DNA of 64,000 nucleotides from an uncultured Methanomicrobiales archaeon (GTDB taxonomy: Archaea; Halobacteriota; Methanomicrobia; Methanomicrobiales; Methanospirillaceae): contig OY969100.1 of the NCBI GenBank assembly GCA_963697895.1, positions 960,001 to 1,024,000 of the forward strand, read 5' to 3'. Below the pieces are notes generated by a model, which was given only the letters and a program-made list of their open reading frames with translations, had not been told where the DNA came from and made no database searches. Shown in pieces: positions 41,901 through 54,014 of the stretch. Numbering within the stretch: the first letter of the stretch is position 1; the number at the start of each line of letters is the position of its first letter. Made by a program: the position numbers and the translations under genes.

Positions 41901-42725
41901 ATGGTACATGCATATCTTGATACTGGAATTCAAAGCCGGATGAACCGGATCATCAATCCGAAAGATAACCGGGTAGTTATGCTTGCGATAGACCATCCCT
42001 ATTTCCAGGGGCCGACAACGGGCTTGCGTAATATGAGTAACACAATAAAAACACTCCTTCCCTATTGCGATTGCCTGATGACGACACGCGGGGCAGTGCG
42101 GAGCAATATTGCGTTCGATGATGTCGGATCAAAACCCATCATGTTACGGGTTACCGGGGGAAACAGCGTTTTAAATGAAGAGTTAAGTGATGAAAAGCTC
42201 ACGGTTACCATTAAAGAAGCCATCCGAATGGATGCGGCCGGTGTCGCGGTCAGTGTTTTTATCGGCTCTGCCAATCAGCAACAGACGATTATCAATCTCA
42301 CCGACATGATCAATCAGGCCGAAGAATACGGAATTCCCGTTTTGGCAGTAACCGCCGTGGGTAAAAACATGGCCCGGGATTTGCGCTATTTAGCGCTTGC
42401 ATCCCGTATTTGCCAGGATGCCGGGGCCCGGATTATCAAGACCTATTATTGTGAGGAATTTTCCAAATTAGTTGACGCGGTTGCTCCAACTGCGGTCGTC
42501 GTTGCAGGAGGTAAGTATTCAAGTCCTCCTGACGCTCTTCAGATGGCCTACAACTCTGTCCAGGCGGGTGCAGCGGGAGTTGATTTCGGACGAAATATTT
42601 TCCAGGATGACAATCCTATCGGCATGATCAAAGCAATTCGTTCAATTGTCCATGAAAATCATACGGTAAAGGAAGCCCTGGATATTTACAATGCATGTTT
42701 ACCCGGTGCATCCAAGCTTGACTAA
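41901..42725 (+). CDS. lsrF: LsrF-like class I aldolase/thiolase
   Basis: VMLAIDH.YFQGPTTGL, TAVGKNMARD.RY..LA.RI....GA.IIKTYY, VVVAGG, GVDFGRNIFQ. Confidence 0.85.
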   Translation: MVHAYLDTGIQSRMNRIINPKDNRVVMLAIDHPYFQGPTTGLRNMSNTIKTLLPYCDCLMTTRGAVRSNIAFDDVGSKPIMLRVTGGNSVLNEELSDEKLTVTIKEAIRMDAAGVAVSVFIGSANQQQTIINLTDMINQAEEYGIPVLAVTAVGKNMARDLRYLALASRICQDAGARIIKTYYCEEFSKLVDAVAPTAVVVAGGKYSSPPDALQMAYNSVQAGAAGVDFGRNIFQDDNPIGMIKAIRSIVHENHTVKEALDIYNACLPGASKLD

Positions 42726-42767
42726 ATTTTTCATATTTTTATATCTTTACTCTCCACAGGGAACACC

Positions 42768-43821
42768 ATGAAAGCAGCAGTCTATTATTCGAACAGTGAC
42801 ATTCGCACCGAAGATGTTGAAGATCTCACCGGTCGGACCGGGAGAGATCAAAGTCAGGATCATGGCGTGCGGAGTGTGCGGGTCGGATGTCATGGAATGG
42901 TATCGAATTAAGCGTGCGGGAAGACCCGGGGGTATTGGAGCTTTTGGACATGAATGCACGGGAATCATTGCAGAAGTCGGTTCCAGGGTAGATCCGAAAT
43001 GGAACGTGGGAGATCGGGTCGTGGTTACCCATCATGTACCATGCAACACGTGTAATGCCTGTATACGCGGGCATACGACCGCATGTGACACCCTGCAAAA
43101 AACAAAATTCAAGAATGCGTACGGGGCGTTTGCAGAATATGTCGTGTTGCCCGAGATCAACGTGGACCGGGGTATGTTACGCCTTCCCGAATCGGTTTCT
43201 TTTGATGCAGGAACCTTTGTTGAACCCCTTGGATGCGTGGTGCGTGGGCAACAATGGGCTCCGACCTCGGATGGCCGGTCAGTCCTGATCATTGGTGCCG
43301 GTATCACCGGATTGTTGCATATCCAGGCAGCCCGGTTGAATGGTGCGGGATTTATCGCTGTCTCCAATCCGAGTCCCGATCGGTTAAAGATCGCCCAAAA
43401 ATTCGGTGCCGATGCAACCATTTCCGCTACTGAAGATGTTCCCGAAAAGTTTAAAGAATTAAATGGCGGGCTGGGTGCAGACACCGTTATTATGACCGCA
43501 CCGGTTCCCGTTTGTGTGAAACAGTCACTTGAAGCAGTCGGACCGGGGGGTACGATCTTATTTTTTGCCCCCACAAATCCTGAAGTCCAGTCCGAAATCA
43601 ATCTCTGGAACCTGTGGCAAAAAGAGGTCACGATTACCCATTCATATGCTGCCGATTTCCATAATCTGACAACTGCCCTGAAATGGATTCAGTATAACAG
43701 AATCAATGTGACCGATATGATAACCCATGTTTTTCCCTTAAAAGAAACGGTTGAAGGTTTTCTCCTGACTGCCCGACACCGGGATGGGAGCCTGAAAGTT
43801 ATCATCCATCCACAGGAATAA
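42768..43821 (+). CDS. Zn-dependent alcohol/polyol dehydrogenase; true start ATG 42768 with an extra base near 42830
   Basis: MKAAVYYSNSDIRTE.../ACGVCGSD, GHE, CxxCxxC...C, EPLGC, GAGITG. Confidence 0.9.
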
Positions 43822-43830
43822 CAATTTTGT

Positions 43831-44020
43831 TACTCATTTTAAAAAAAGTGAGTGAAAGTGTACTCATTTTTGCAGAAGTTGATCGAAAATCAGGTAAATG
43901 GAGTCCTTATTCGACCCGGATTCATCTGAAAGGGGGCTTGAAAAGATCCGGAAAACGAAGGTTATGAAATACGGGATTGTCCATGATTAATAATTACGGT
44001 TACAAAATAACCGATAGTTA
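43831..44020. promoter_or_regulatory. Candidate operators: alternating ACTCA/TGAGT boxes (43831-43870) and CGGTTA-N5-TAACCG (43997-44013) next to a TATA-like tract
   Basis: Inverted and direct repeats seen directly, upstream of the redox gene run that ends in a TetR gene. Confidence 0.45.
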
Positions 44021-44110
44021 TAATATATCTTATAGTTATACATTATCTGGTGAAACTGCCTTCGGGCAGAATCCTGAAAGATTGCGCCCCGAAGGGGAGG
44101 AGATGATTCC

Positions 44111-44509
44111 ATGGTTACACTGACACAGGAGATCAAAGAATCGCTACGAGCAACGAAGACCGTGTTTCTTGCAACATCGTCAAAAAAAGGCATTCCCAAT
44201 GTTGTCCCGATCGCGGCGATCAAGGTACTGGATGACGGGACGATGCTCATTTCGGATCAGTTCTTCAACAAAACGCTGCGGAACATGAAGGAGAACCCGG
44301 AGATCGCCCTGTCGTGGTGGGGGGATAAAGGCGGTTTCCAGATCAAGGGTACCGTTACTATCCACACGAATGACGAAATCTTCAGACAGGACGTTGCCTG
44401 GATGAAGGAGAGCTGGCCCACGTTTGTACCCAAGTCTGCAGTGCTCGTGAAGATCACCGATGTGTACGCCGTTAAACCGGGCCCCGAACCGGGGAAGAAG
44501 ATCCTGTGA
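44111..44509 (+). CDS. Pyridoxamine 5'-phosphate oxidase family FMN-binding protein
   Basis: LATSSKKGIPNVVP, DQFFNKTLRNMKENP, GFQIKG. Confidence 0.9.
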   Translation: MVTLTQEIKESLRATKTVFLATSSKKGIPNVVPIAAIKVLDDGTMLISDQFFNKTLRNMKENPEIALSWWGDKGGFQIKGTVTIHTNDEIFRQDVAWMKESWPTFVPKSAVLVKITDVYAVKPGPEPGKKIL

Positions 44510-44519
44510 TCCGGAGGTT

Positions 44520-44706
44520 AAACAGCAGGCCTTCGATACTGTACTTTATTTCATGCTCTTCAGCGTGATGATGGTCCCGGGAATCCCGGCAATCTTCATT
44601 CGTTCGAAATATTGGAGACGTACTGAAACGTGAAGAAGGTAGAGCAAGGGCAAAAGAAGTCGGAAAGAACATGGCCTGGCTGCTGAAAACAATCGCATCT
44701 GCTGAT
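44520..44706 (+). pseudogene. 3' remnant of a flavodoxin/iron-sulfur flavoprotein gene
   Basis: QQAFDTVLYFMLFSVMMVPG.../RNIGDVLKREEGRARAKEVGKNMAWLLK aligns with the C-terminus of 46576-47166 (...EEGIGRAHDTGKNMAWVL). Confidence 0.75.
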
Positions 44707-44762
44707 TGGACAGTTAAGAGAATGACCCGGAAAAATCTGGCGACTTCAATGGAGAAAATTTC

Positions 44763-45563
44763 ATGGAAATACCATCCATAAAACTGGTTTATTTCTCACC
44801 TACGGGAACAACAAAAACGGTTGTTCAGAGTATTGCACGCGGAATAGATCACAGCACGGTGGAATTGCTGGATATTACCCGGCCGGATGCGAGAAAACAG
44901 CCGTTACAGACATCGGAAAATGAATTGCTCATTATTGGTGTGCCGGTGTATATGGGAAGGGTGCCGGCCCTCCTGACCGAATGGCTGCAGGCGATTAAAG
45001 CCCAGAATATGCCCGCGGTATGTGTTGTCGTCTATGGCAATCGTGTGTATGAAGATGCACTCATCGAGCTGAAAGATATCCTGACCCAGTGTGGATGCAA
45101 ACCGATCGCCGGTGCGGCCTATATCGGTGAACATTCATTCTCCGACGACGAAACACCCACGGCCAAAGATCGTCCGGATGCAGGCGACATACACCATGCA
45201 GAGTCGTTCGGGCGAAAAATACAGGAAAAACTCACCGCCATTCCCTCGGTCGACCGGATTTCTGAGGTACATATACCCGGCTGCCATCCGTACCGGGGGG
45301 ATTCGACGCTGTGGAATGTTGATTTTATTGATGTCAGCGATGAGTGCACCGAGTGCGGGACGTGTGCAGAGGGATGCCCTGTCGGTGCTATCGATGCAGA
45401 AAATTCCCGTTTGATTGATACGGAAAAATGCATCACCTGCTGTGCGTGTATCAAAAACTGCCCCAAAAGTGCCAGATCGATGAAACCCGGGCTGGTGAAA
45501 GATGCACAGGTGCGTCTCCATATGCTCTATAGCGAACGAAAGGAGCCTGAATACTTTTTATGA
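44763..45563 (+). CDS. EFR1-type flavodoxin plus 4Fe-4S dicluster protein
   Basis: YFSPTGTT, PVYMGRVP, VYGNR.YEDAL.EL, two CxxCxxCxxxCP. Confidence 0.92.
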   Translation: MEIPSIKLVYFSPTGTTKTVVQSIARGIDHSTVELLDITRPDARKQPLQTSENELLIIGVPVYMGRVPALLTEWLQAIKAQNMPAVCVVVYGNRVYEDALIELKDILTQCGCKPIAGAAYIGEHSFSDDETPTAKDRPDAGDIHHAESFGRKIQEKLTAIPSVDRISEVHIPGCHPYRGDSTLWNVDFIDVSDECTECGTCAEGCPVGAIDAENSRLIDTEKCITCCACIKNCPKSARSMKPGLVKDAQVRLHMLYSERKEPEYFL

Positions 45564-46500
45564 GGAGTACATTCATGGTAGCAGTCAGGAGATCTTCACG
45601 GATACCTACGGGGGATATGTAATGGAGCACCGCCCGTTCTACGCAGTCCGCCCCCTCCTCCCAGGCTACCCGGAACCGGAGGACCCCTCGCCTGCACGAA
45701 AACGCTGGGTCCTGGTCCAAGGCAGTTCGGTGCTCTTCCGCGACGACCCGGCATCCGGCACCGTGCTCATGCCGGACCCGCTTCCCGCCGGTCTTGCGTG
45801 CGGTGCGCCGGTGTACCTCGGCACCCGCGACGATCTGTTCTACTATGCAGCCGAGGTTCCTGCCGGTGCCGCACCGCCGGACGGCTGGGAGCCGTCGCCG
45901 GTCCGGGAACTGTCCGGAACGGTTCCGGACAGCGACATCGCCGTTGCCGCCTATGCCGTGCGGATCCTTGACTTTGACCGGGCGACTGCCTTCTGCGGCA
46001 GGTGCGGTGCGAAAACCCGCCCGCTCACGACCGAGCGGGCACGGATCTGCACGGCCTGCAGCCGGATCACCTACCCCCGGATCTCCCCCGCCATCATCGT
46101 GCTGGTGAAATCCGGCGAGAAGGTCCTGCTCGCCCGTTCCCCCCGCTCCCCGCCGGGGATCTTCTCGGTCATCGCCGGCTTCAATGAACCCGGTGAGAAC
46201 CTCGAGCAGACCGTCCACCGCGAAGTCGGCGAGGAGATTGGCATCGCGGTGCGAAACCTCCGGTACTTCGGGAGCGAGCCCTGGCCGTTTCCCGATTCGC
46301 TCATGATCGGCTTTGTCGCAGACCATGCCGGAGGAGAGATCCGGGTCGACAACCAGGAGATTGAAGCAGCCAGTCTGGTTTACCCGCGAAACCCTGCCAC
46401 CCTTTCCCTCTAAGACGAGCATCTCGCAGGCGCTTATCGAGGCCTGGATCCGGCGGGAGGTCTGAAACCCCGCGGTGTAAGGAACGAAAGGAGCCTGAAT
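45534..46500 (+). repeat. 19-bp direct repeat GAACGAAAGGAGCCTGAAT flanking nudC (45534-45552 and 46482-46500)
   Basis: Exact match at both positions. Confidence 0.9.
45622..46465 (+). CDS. nudC: NAD(+) diphosphatase, with an extra base near 46371
   Basis: FCGRCG..C..C..YPRISP, AGF.EPGE.LEQ.V.REV.EE.G, SEPWPFPDSLM; corrected frame WFTRETLPPFPSKTSISQALI. Confidence 0.92.
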
Positions 46501-46575
46501 GGGTTTTCAATTGAACGGTAAGATGAAAAAAATCAACATGCGAATTGAAGAGACAAAAAAAAGTTACGAGTGAGT

Positions 46576-47166
46576 ATGATGACGAACGTAATCGCGATCA
46601 ACGGGAGCCCCCGGAGAAATGGAAATACTTCCATTCTGATAAGGCATGTCCGGGAAGAGCTTGAGAAAGAAGGTATCACCACGGAAGAAGTGAACCTGGG
46701 CGGATCCGTGGCACGGGGATGTACTGCCTGCATGAAATGTGTGGAGAACCAGGACGGACACTGCGTTTTTGACGATGATATCGTCAACAGCTGCATCGAC
46801 AAAATGGTCGAGGCTGACGGGATTATTCTCGGTTCACCGGTGTACTTCCTGGATGTCACGGCCGAGATGAAAGGACTGATCGACCGGGCCGGGTTTGTCG
46901 CAATGGCCAACAGGGACCTTTTCCGGCGCAAGGTTGGCGTTGCAGTGACCGTAATGCGCAGGGCCGGATCCATCACAGCCCTGAACACGATGATGAACTT
47001 CATGGTATACTCAGGCATGATCATCCCGGGCAAACCCGTCACCGGTGTTGGGAGAGAGATCGGAGCGGTTAACCAGGATGAAGAGGGAATCGGGCGTGCC
47101 CATGATACTGGAAAGAACATGGCGTGGGTGCTCAACGCGCTGGGGACCCATCATGAATCGTCATAA
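46576..47166 (+). CDS. Flavodoxin family / iron-sulfur flavoprotein (Isf-like)
   Basis: INGSPRRNGNT, GCTACMKC......C, ADGIILGSPVY. Confidence 0.9.
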   Translation: MMTNVIAINGSPRRNGNTSILIRHVREELEKEGITTEEVNLGGSVARGCTACMKCVENQDGHCVFDDDIVNSCIDKMVEADGIILGSPVYFLDVTAEMKGLIDRAGFVAMANRDLFRRKVGVAVTVMRRAGSITALNTMMNFMVYSGMIIPGKPVTGVGREIGAVNQDEEGIGRAHDTGKNMAWVLNALGTHHESS

Positions 47167-47298
47167 GCGTAAGATCCGGCATCATGGTCCGGTCAGATCC
47201 GGGTTTGGGGATTTTGCCGGCGTCAGACCGGCTGGCGAACCATGGAATCCCTTCAGAGTTCGCCTTATGGACCACCGGACGAGAGCGGGAGGATCGGG

Positions 47299-48024
47299 AT
47301 GGGAATAGCCGACAGGAGACAACGGGAAAGGGAACAGCGAAAGACCGGGATCATCGACGCAGCCGAGCGTCTCTTTTTTTCCCGGAGTTACGAGGATGTT
47401 TCGATGGACGACATCGCCCGCGAGGTTGAGCTGAACAAGGCTACCCTCTACCTGTATTTTAAAAATAAGGAGGCTCTTTACGCCACTATCGTACTCCGCG
47501 GCATCCGGATCCTCAAGGAAAAATACACGGAGTGCATGGAACAACAGGTTCCCGGAATTGTCAAGGTAACCCTGATGGGCCAGGCCTATTACCAGTTTTC
47601 ACAGGAATACCCGGAATATCTCCGACTGATCCACTTTTACGGGTCCGAACGGTTCTCCACAGAAAATCCCTATACCGCAGAGATTGGAAAGGGGTATGGT
47701 GTCTGCCGTTCGATCCTGCAGGACGCGATCCAGGAGGGCACCGGTGACGGGACAATCCGGGCCGATCTCGATCCGTTCCTGACCTCGATGTATCTTATGA
47801 TATCCTTCATGGGCATCCTCTCGCTGGAAAACAGATGGAAACTCGTGATCGAGGCGGAGGGATTCAGCTACGAGCAGTTCGCGAGCGAATTCTTCCGGTT
47901 CATCACTCCCGCAATTTCTTCCGGGGAGAACGCTCGCACCATGGACCTCAGGGATTTCGAATCATCCGGGTTCTTTTTAACGACGCCCGTACCGTCGCAG
48001 AAGAAAAAGAGAAAAGAATCTTAA
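47299..48024 (+). CDS. TetR/AcrR family transcriptional regulator
   Basis: IIDAAERLF...Y..VSMDDIA..VELNKATLYLYFKNKEAL. Confidence 0.95.
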   Translation: MGIADRRQREREQRKTGIIDAAERLFFSRSYEDVSMDDIAREVELNKATLYLYFKNKEALYATIVLRGIRILKEKYTECMEQQVPGIVKVTLMGQAYYQFSQEYPEYLRLIHFYGSERFSTENPYTAEIGKGYGVCRSILQDAIQEGTGDGTIRADLDPFLTSMYLMISFMGILSLENRWKLVIEAEGFSYEQFASEFFRFITPAISSGENARTMDLRDFESSGFFLTTPVPSQKKKRKES

Positions 48025-48135
48025 ATTTTGTGTACCGCACGGATCGCCTGCAAAAACGAGGAAACGTTACCGAATCATTGTTTTCGTGGTGATCTCAATC
48101 CCCGTTCATAGAGAACTCTATTGTATGCTCTGTTT

Positions 48136-48606
48136 TTAGTTTTGTATGCTCTGTTTCAGGTTCGACGCAAACTCTTGGGCATTTTTCCGGTCTTTTGCAT
48201 TCGGTCTACCCTTGTTCATTCCCCCGAACAGTTTGAGGAAGCTGTTCGTGTTAAACCCTTTACAACTAAATTCACCAACGATTACATACCCTTTAGACTG
48301 CAGTTTTTTCTTAAGGAGCGAGTGATCTTTGGCGACTTTGGCGTCTCCGGTGATGGCGCTGGTTGAAAAAATGAATGCGTTCCTGTGGGTGACCGGGGGT
48401 AGGTTATCGGCAAGGTCAAGCAGATCGACATGGTGTGTTCCACTATATATCCCCGAACCAAAGCCTATCAGGCCATACTCTTCAAGCTCTTCAGGCTTTA
48501 CCTGCTGTGGCGTTTTTATCTGCGCATCAAGCACTTCTGCGAAGACTTTCGCGATTTTCTCAGTATTATGGTGATGATAAGAGACCAGAATCAGCAGAGT
48601 TTTCAT
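48136..48606 (-). CDS. Flavodoxin family protein
   Basis: SYHHHNTEKIA, IGFGSGIY, FSCKGF...GG.NKGRPN. Confidence 0.9.
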   Translation of the reverse strand: MKTLLILVSYHHHNTEKIAKVFAEVLDAQIKTPQQVKPEELEEYGLIGFGSGIYSGTHHVDLLDLADNLPPVTHRNAFIFSTSAITGDAKVAKDHSLLKKKLQSKGYVIVGEFSCKGFNTNSFLKLFGGMNKGRPNAKDRKNAQEFASNLKQSIQN

Positions 48607-48839
48607 TGTCACATTTTCCACTTTCTCACCGTTGATTCCTTGTAATATTTAACTTCCCACCCGCTGTTCTCCTTTCGGTAAGAAACTGGAGTGAGGTATT
48701 CGGTATCCCAGGGATTTCACTTTGAGCAGTTCGCCAGTAATCACCATCAACTGCTATTGCTTGATCTCCGGCGTTCAGGTGAAGATGATAAGCTATGGTC
48801 ATGAGACCGAAGACACGGTCAATCAATCCGGACGCCGGT

Positions 48840-49307
48840 CTAGATTCTGGGGGCATTGGGCGGTGTCGATTCTTCTGCCACCGAATGAGTTTCAGTTGCC
48901 CTATGTGTTCGGTTTTCGAGATACACCCGTTCTCCGTACAGCATGTATCCGATTCCCACTAATATGAGAATGTACTCGCCGGCCGTAACGGCAGGCGGAG
49001 GGGGGACCGTGAAGAAAAATCCTGCCTGGTCGGCGGGGGCGGTGAGGAACAGGAGCGCAGCGTCGATTACCGCCAGAACGCCGGCGAGTTTTGGTCTTCG
49101 GAACAGCAAAAGGAGCCCGGCAATCGGAATCAACAACCCTACGGTCACAAAAAATGCTGCGAACCCCAGAGTCCGTATTTCATTCATACGGGTCTCGAAT
49201 CCCAACGGAGTCAACAGGAAGCCCAGAATAAATCCCAACCCGAACAAAATTGCCAATATCCGCTCTGATTTCCCGAAAGACGCCTTTGAATCAGATAATG
49301 AAGACAT
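48840..49307 (-). CDS. Hypothetical membrane protein (about 4 TM)
   Basis: Hydrophobic segments; GGAG upstream of the ATG. Confidence 0.75.
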   Translation of the reverse strand: MSSLSDSKASFGKSERILAILFGLGFILGFLLTPLGFETRMNEIRTLGFAAFFVTVGLLIPIAGLLLLFRRPKLAGVLAVIDAALLFLTAPADQAGFFFTVPPPPAVTAGEYILILVGIGYMLYGERVYLENRTHRATETHSVAEESTPPNAPRI

Positions 49308-49660
49308 TTCTTATTCTCCTCATCGAGGTAGCACTCTTTCCAGGCTATTTACCCTGTAAAAGATAAGTCTAACCATACCCGAAGGACAGCAAGAAAAGCC
49401 CGGCATGATCTCTCCGGAAACCCGAGGAGTAGCCCGGCGAATGAGGGGATGGACTGCTTAATATTTTTTTTTTGAGCACGGGAGAGAGGGACCAGGGATT
49501 GAGATCCCCCCCTCGACAACAGCATGGAGAACATTTGGGTGCAACTCAGGGAATTCCTGGTCGCCCGCCGATATACCGCTCACAACGTTAGCCCTTTTGC
49601 CACACACTGCCCTGGTTCCTTATCCGCCTTCGTGGGTTCTCCACCATTGAAGACCTGCGA

Positions 49661-51883
<2,223 letters not shown>

Positions 51884-52092
51884 TTATCCACTGTGGTACA
51901 GGAAGATGAATATAGGTTCCCTTTGTCCATCTATCTGGCGGTTGCCTCAGGGTCAAGGTTGTTTGAGCAAGGAGACGTTCCGACACCGCCGTCTGCTGCA
52001 GGAAAAAAAGGGAGCGGGAAATACGGGTCGGGACCACACCAGTACCTCTTTCACCATTCTTCTTCGATCATTGTTACCTTGGGTGGGGATAC

Positions 52093-52305
52093 ATGAAGGC
52101 AGTTGTCTGCACAAAATACGGGCCACCGGAGGTTCTCCAGATCCAGGATATGGAAAAACCTGTTCCCCGGGACAATGAAGTGCTGATAAAAATCCATGCA
52201 ACTACGGTCACGTCCGGAGACTTTCGCATCCGTAGTTTTAGTGTGTTCCCCTCATATTCTGGCTTCCCTCAAGAATAGCCTGGGAATTACAAGACCGAGA
52301 AAACC
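52093..52305 (+). pseudogene. 5' remnant of an NAD(P)-dependent alcohol dehydrogenase/quinone oxidoreductase
   Basis: MKAVVCTKYGPPEVLQ...EKP.PRDNEVLIKIHATTVTSGD; several indels, then truncated. Confidence 0.8.
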
Positions 52306-52608
52306 GACGGCTTCCCAGACCGTGCCGATCACTTGACGGCGAAAAATATCACGTTTGACACGAAGACGATCACGGTCCCTGCCGGGTCGACCGTCGTGAT
52401 GACATTCATCAAAAATGACGCGGGAATCCCGCACAATTTTGCACTGTATACGGATTCCTCGGCGACCACCCGGATTTTTGCCGGTGACTTTGTGACCGGT
52501 GTGAAGACCGTGACCTACAAGTTCACCGCACCGTCCGCACCGGGGTACTACTTCTTCCGGTGTGACGTGCACCCGGAGGCGATTACTGGGACGTTCGTCG
52601 TGACGTGA
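52306..52608 (+). pseudogene. Cupredoxin (plastocyanin-like) domain lacking its 5' end
   Basis: AKNITFD...ITVPAG..V, PHNF, YFFRCDVHP..ITG (usual Met ligand replaced); no signal peptide or clear start. Confidence 0.7.
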
Positions 52609-52909
52609 GATAGGATAAATTTTTTTTGGACACCGGTAACCATTCTTTTATGAGGGATATGCTCCTCATGTGCCGCATTCGGGCAACATGAGGAATTTTT
52701 TGTATCCACTGGAGTCGTTTATTCGCGTATATTTTTGCGAATTTGGACATCCGTCGGCTACCGATTCAGGTATCACGGCCTGGGGAATGTTTCATAAAAA
52801 CCGAAGATTGGGCAGACATTTTTCCGTCGGCAATCATCCGGATGCGAGCAAAAGTTCATCTCCTCGAAGACAATACAGTCCCCTGCCTGATATGGGCAGG
52901 GTGAGAAGG

Positions 52910-53173
52910 ATGTATTTTGTTGCTCTGGTAAAATTCAAGGAGAAGCAGACCAAGGAAGTTGTTGCCAGGAACCTGAAAAGAATAGAGACAGAGACCAAGG
53001 AAGGGATTAAATATCACGGTATTTACTGGACTCTCGGCAAGTACGATGCGGTTGCCATCTTTGAAGCTTCCGATGAAAAAACAGCGATGAAGATTTCTAT
53101 TCGCCGGGGAGATGGGATGTCGATAGAGACGCTCGTGGCAGTACCGGTGGAAGAAGCACGAAAGCTTGCCTGA
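52910..53173 (+). CDS. GYD domain protein
   Basis: YWTLGKYDAVAIFEA.D, ETLVA. Confidence 0.85.
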   Translation: MYFVALVKFKEKQTKEVVARNLKRIETETKEGIKYHGIYWTLGKYDAVAIFEASDEKTAMKISIRRGDGMSIETLVAVPVEEARKLA

Positions 53174-53310
53174 GTAGAGAAACGCGGATACCTTTTTTGT
53201 TTTTTTCCTGTTTGGCACTATTCGGTCAGATCCCCCTGCCGGTGAGGCCTCCGGTTGTTTCACGATACTATTATATATTCCGCGGCTATGTCTGGAGATG
53301 GTGAGAACCA

Positions 53311-53604
53311 ATGATGTTTGTGGCTACCCTTGTCCATCCGCCCGAGTTGTGCCTTGCGAGGGAGGAATTTGGAACTGAAGCGAAGGAATGGATCGACGGA
53401 ATGAGTGATGCGGCAAAGAAACTGGGAGTAAAGGTTCAGGGGGCATATTCCTGCCCGGGTGAACACACCTTCTACTTTGTCCTCGAATCGGATGATTTCA
53501 AAGCGATTACCGCATTCTTTTCCGGTATCATGCTCACGCATAATGCTGCCCGGATTTCTCCGGTTATTCCCCTCAAAGTCGCCAGTGATACGCTTATCAA
53601 GTAA
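53311..53604 (+). CDS. Small hypothetical protein (GYD/DUF3303-like)
   Basis: FV...HPPELC, HTFYFVLE.D, ISPV. Confidence 0.7.
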   Translation: MMFVATLVHPPELCLAREEFGTEAKEWIDGMSDAAKKLGVKVQGAYSCPGEHTFYFVLESDDFKAITAFFSGIMLTHNAARISPVIPLKVASDTLIK

Positions 53605-53696
53605 GGAGGAAGGGGAAAATACTTATTTTCGCGACGATTATTCCGCGAATAAGACCTACCTGAAGACCTGACCACCGCCCAGGACATTCAGGGAGA

Positions 53697-54014
53697 CTAT
53701 TTCTTCCGTTCTCCGCCGCAGCAGGATCCGGCCTCTCCCCCGCATCCGCAGGTACCGCTGTCCATGTCTTTTCCCCGGATCGCGGCATTGATCATCGCCC
53801 ATGCACAACCGACACCGCTCTGCACTTCGATTGCCTGTACGGGACAGTTAAGGGCACATGCACCGCACTCCATGCATGCGGTCTGCCGCACGAGCGTCGC
53901 CCGGTCCTTTCCCTCCGCAAAGACCCCGTGGGGGCAGACCTGTGTGCAACGGGTGCAATTGATGCACCGCTCCGGGTAATACCGGAGCGTGTTCTCCCGG
54001 TATGAGTCAAACAT
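53697..54014 (-). CDS. hgcB: Mercury methylation ferredoxin HgcB
   Basis: CINCTRCTQVCPHGVF, CMECGACALNCP, SGVGCA, C-terminal CGC...CC; TGATG overlap with hgcA. Confidence 0.95.
   Translation of the reverse strand: MFDSYRENTLRYYPERCINCTRCTQVCPHGVFAEGKDRATLVRQTACMECGACALNCPVQAIEVQSGVGCAWAMINAAIRGKDMDSGTCGCGGEAGSCCGGERKK

Noticed and set aside
48626-48840. Possible decayed gene fragment (..RKENSGWEVKYYKES..) on the minus strand
   Set aside because: Multiple stops; the family cannot be identified without a search.
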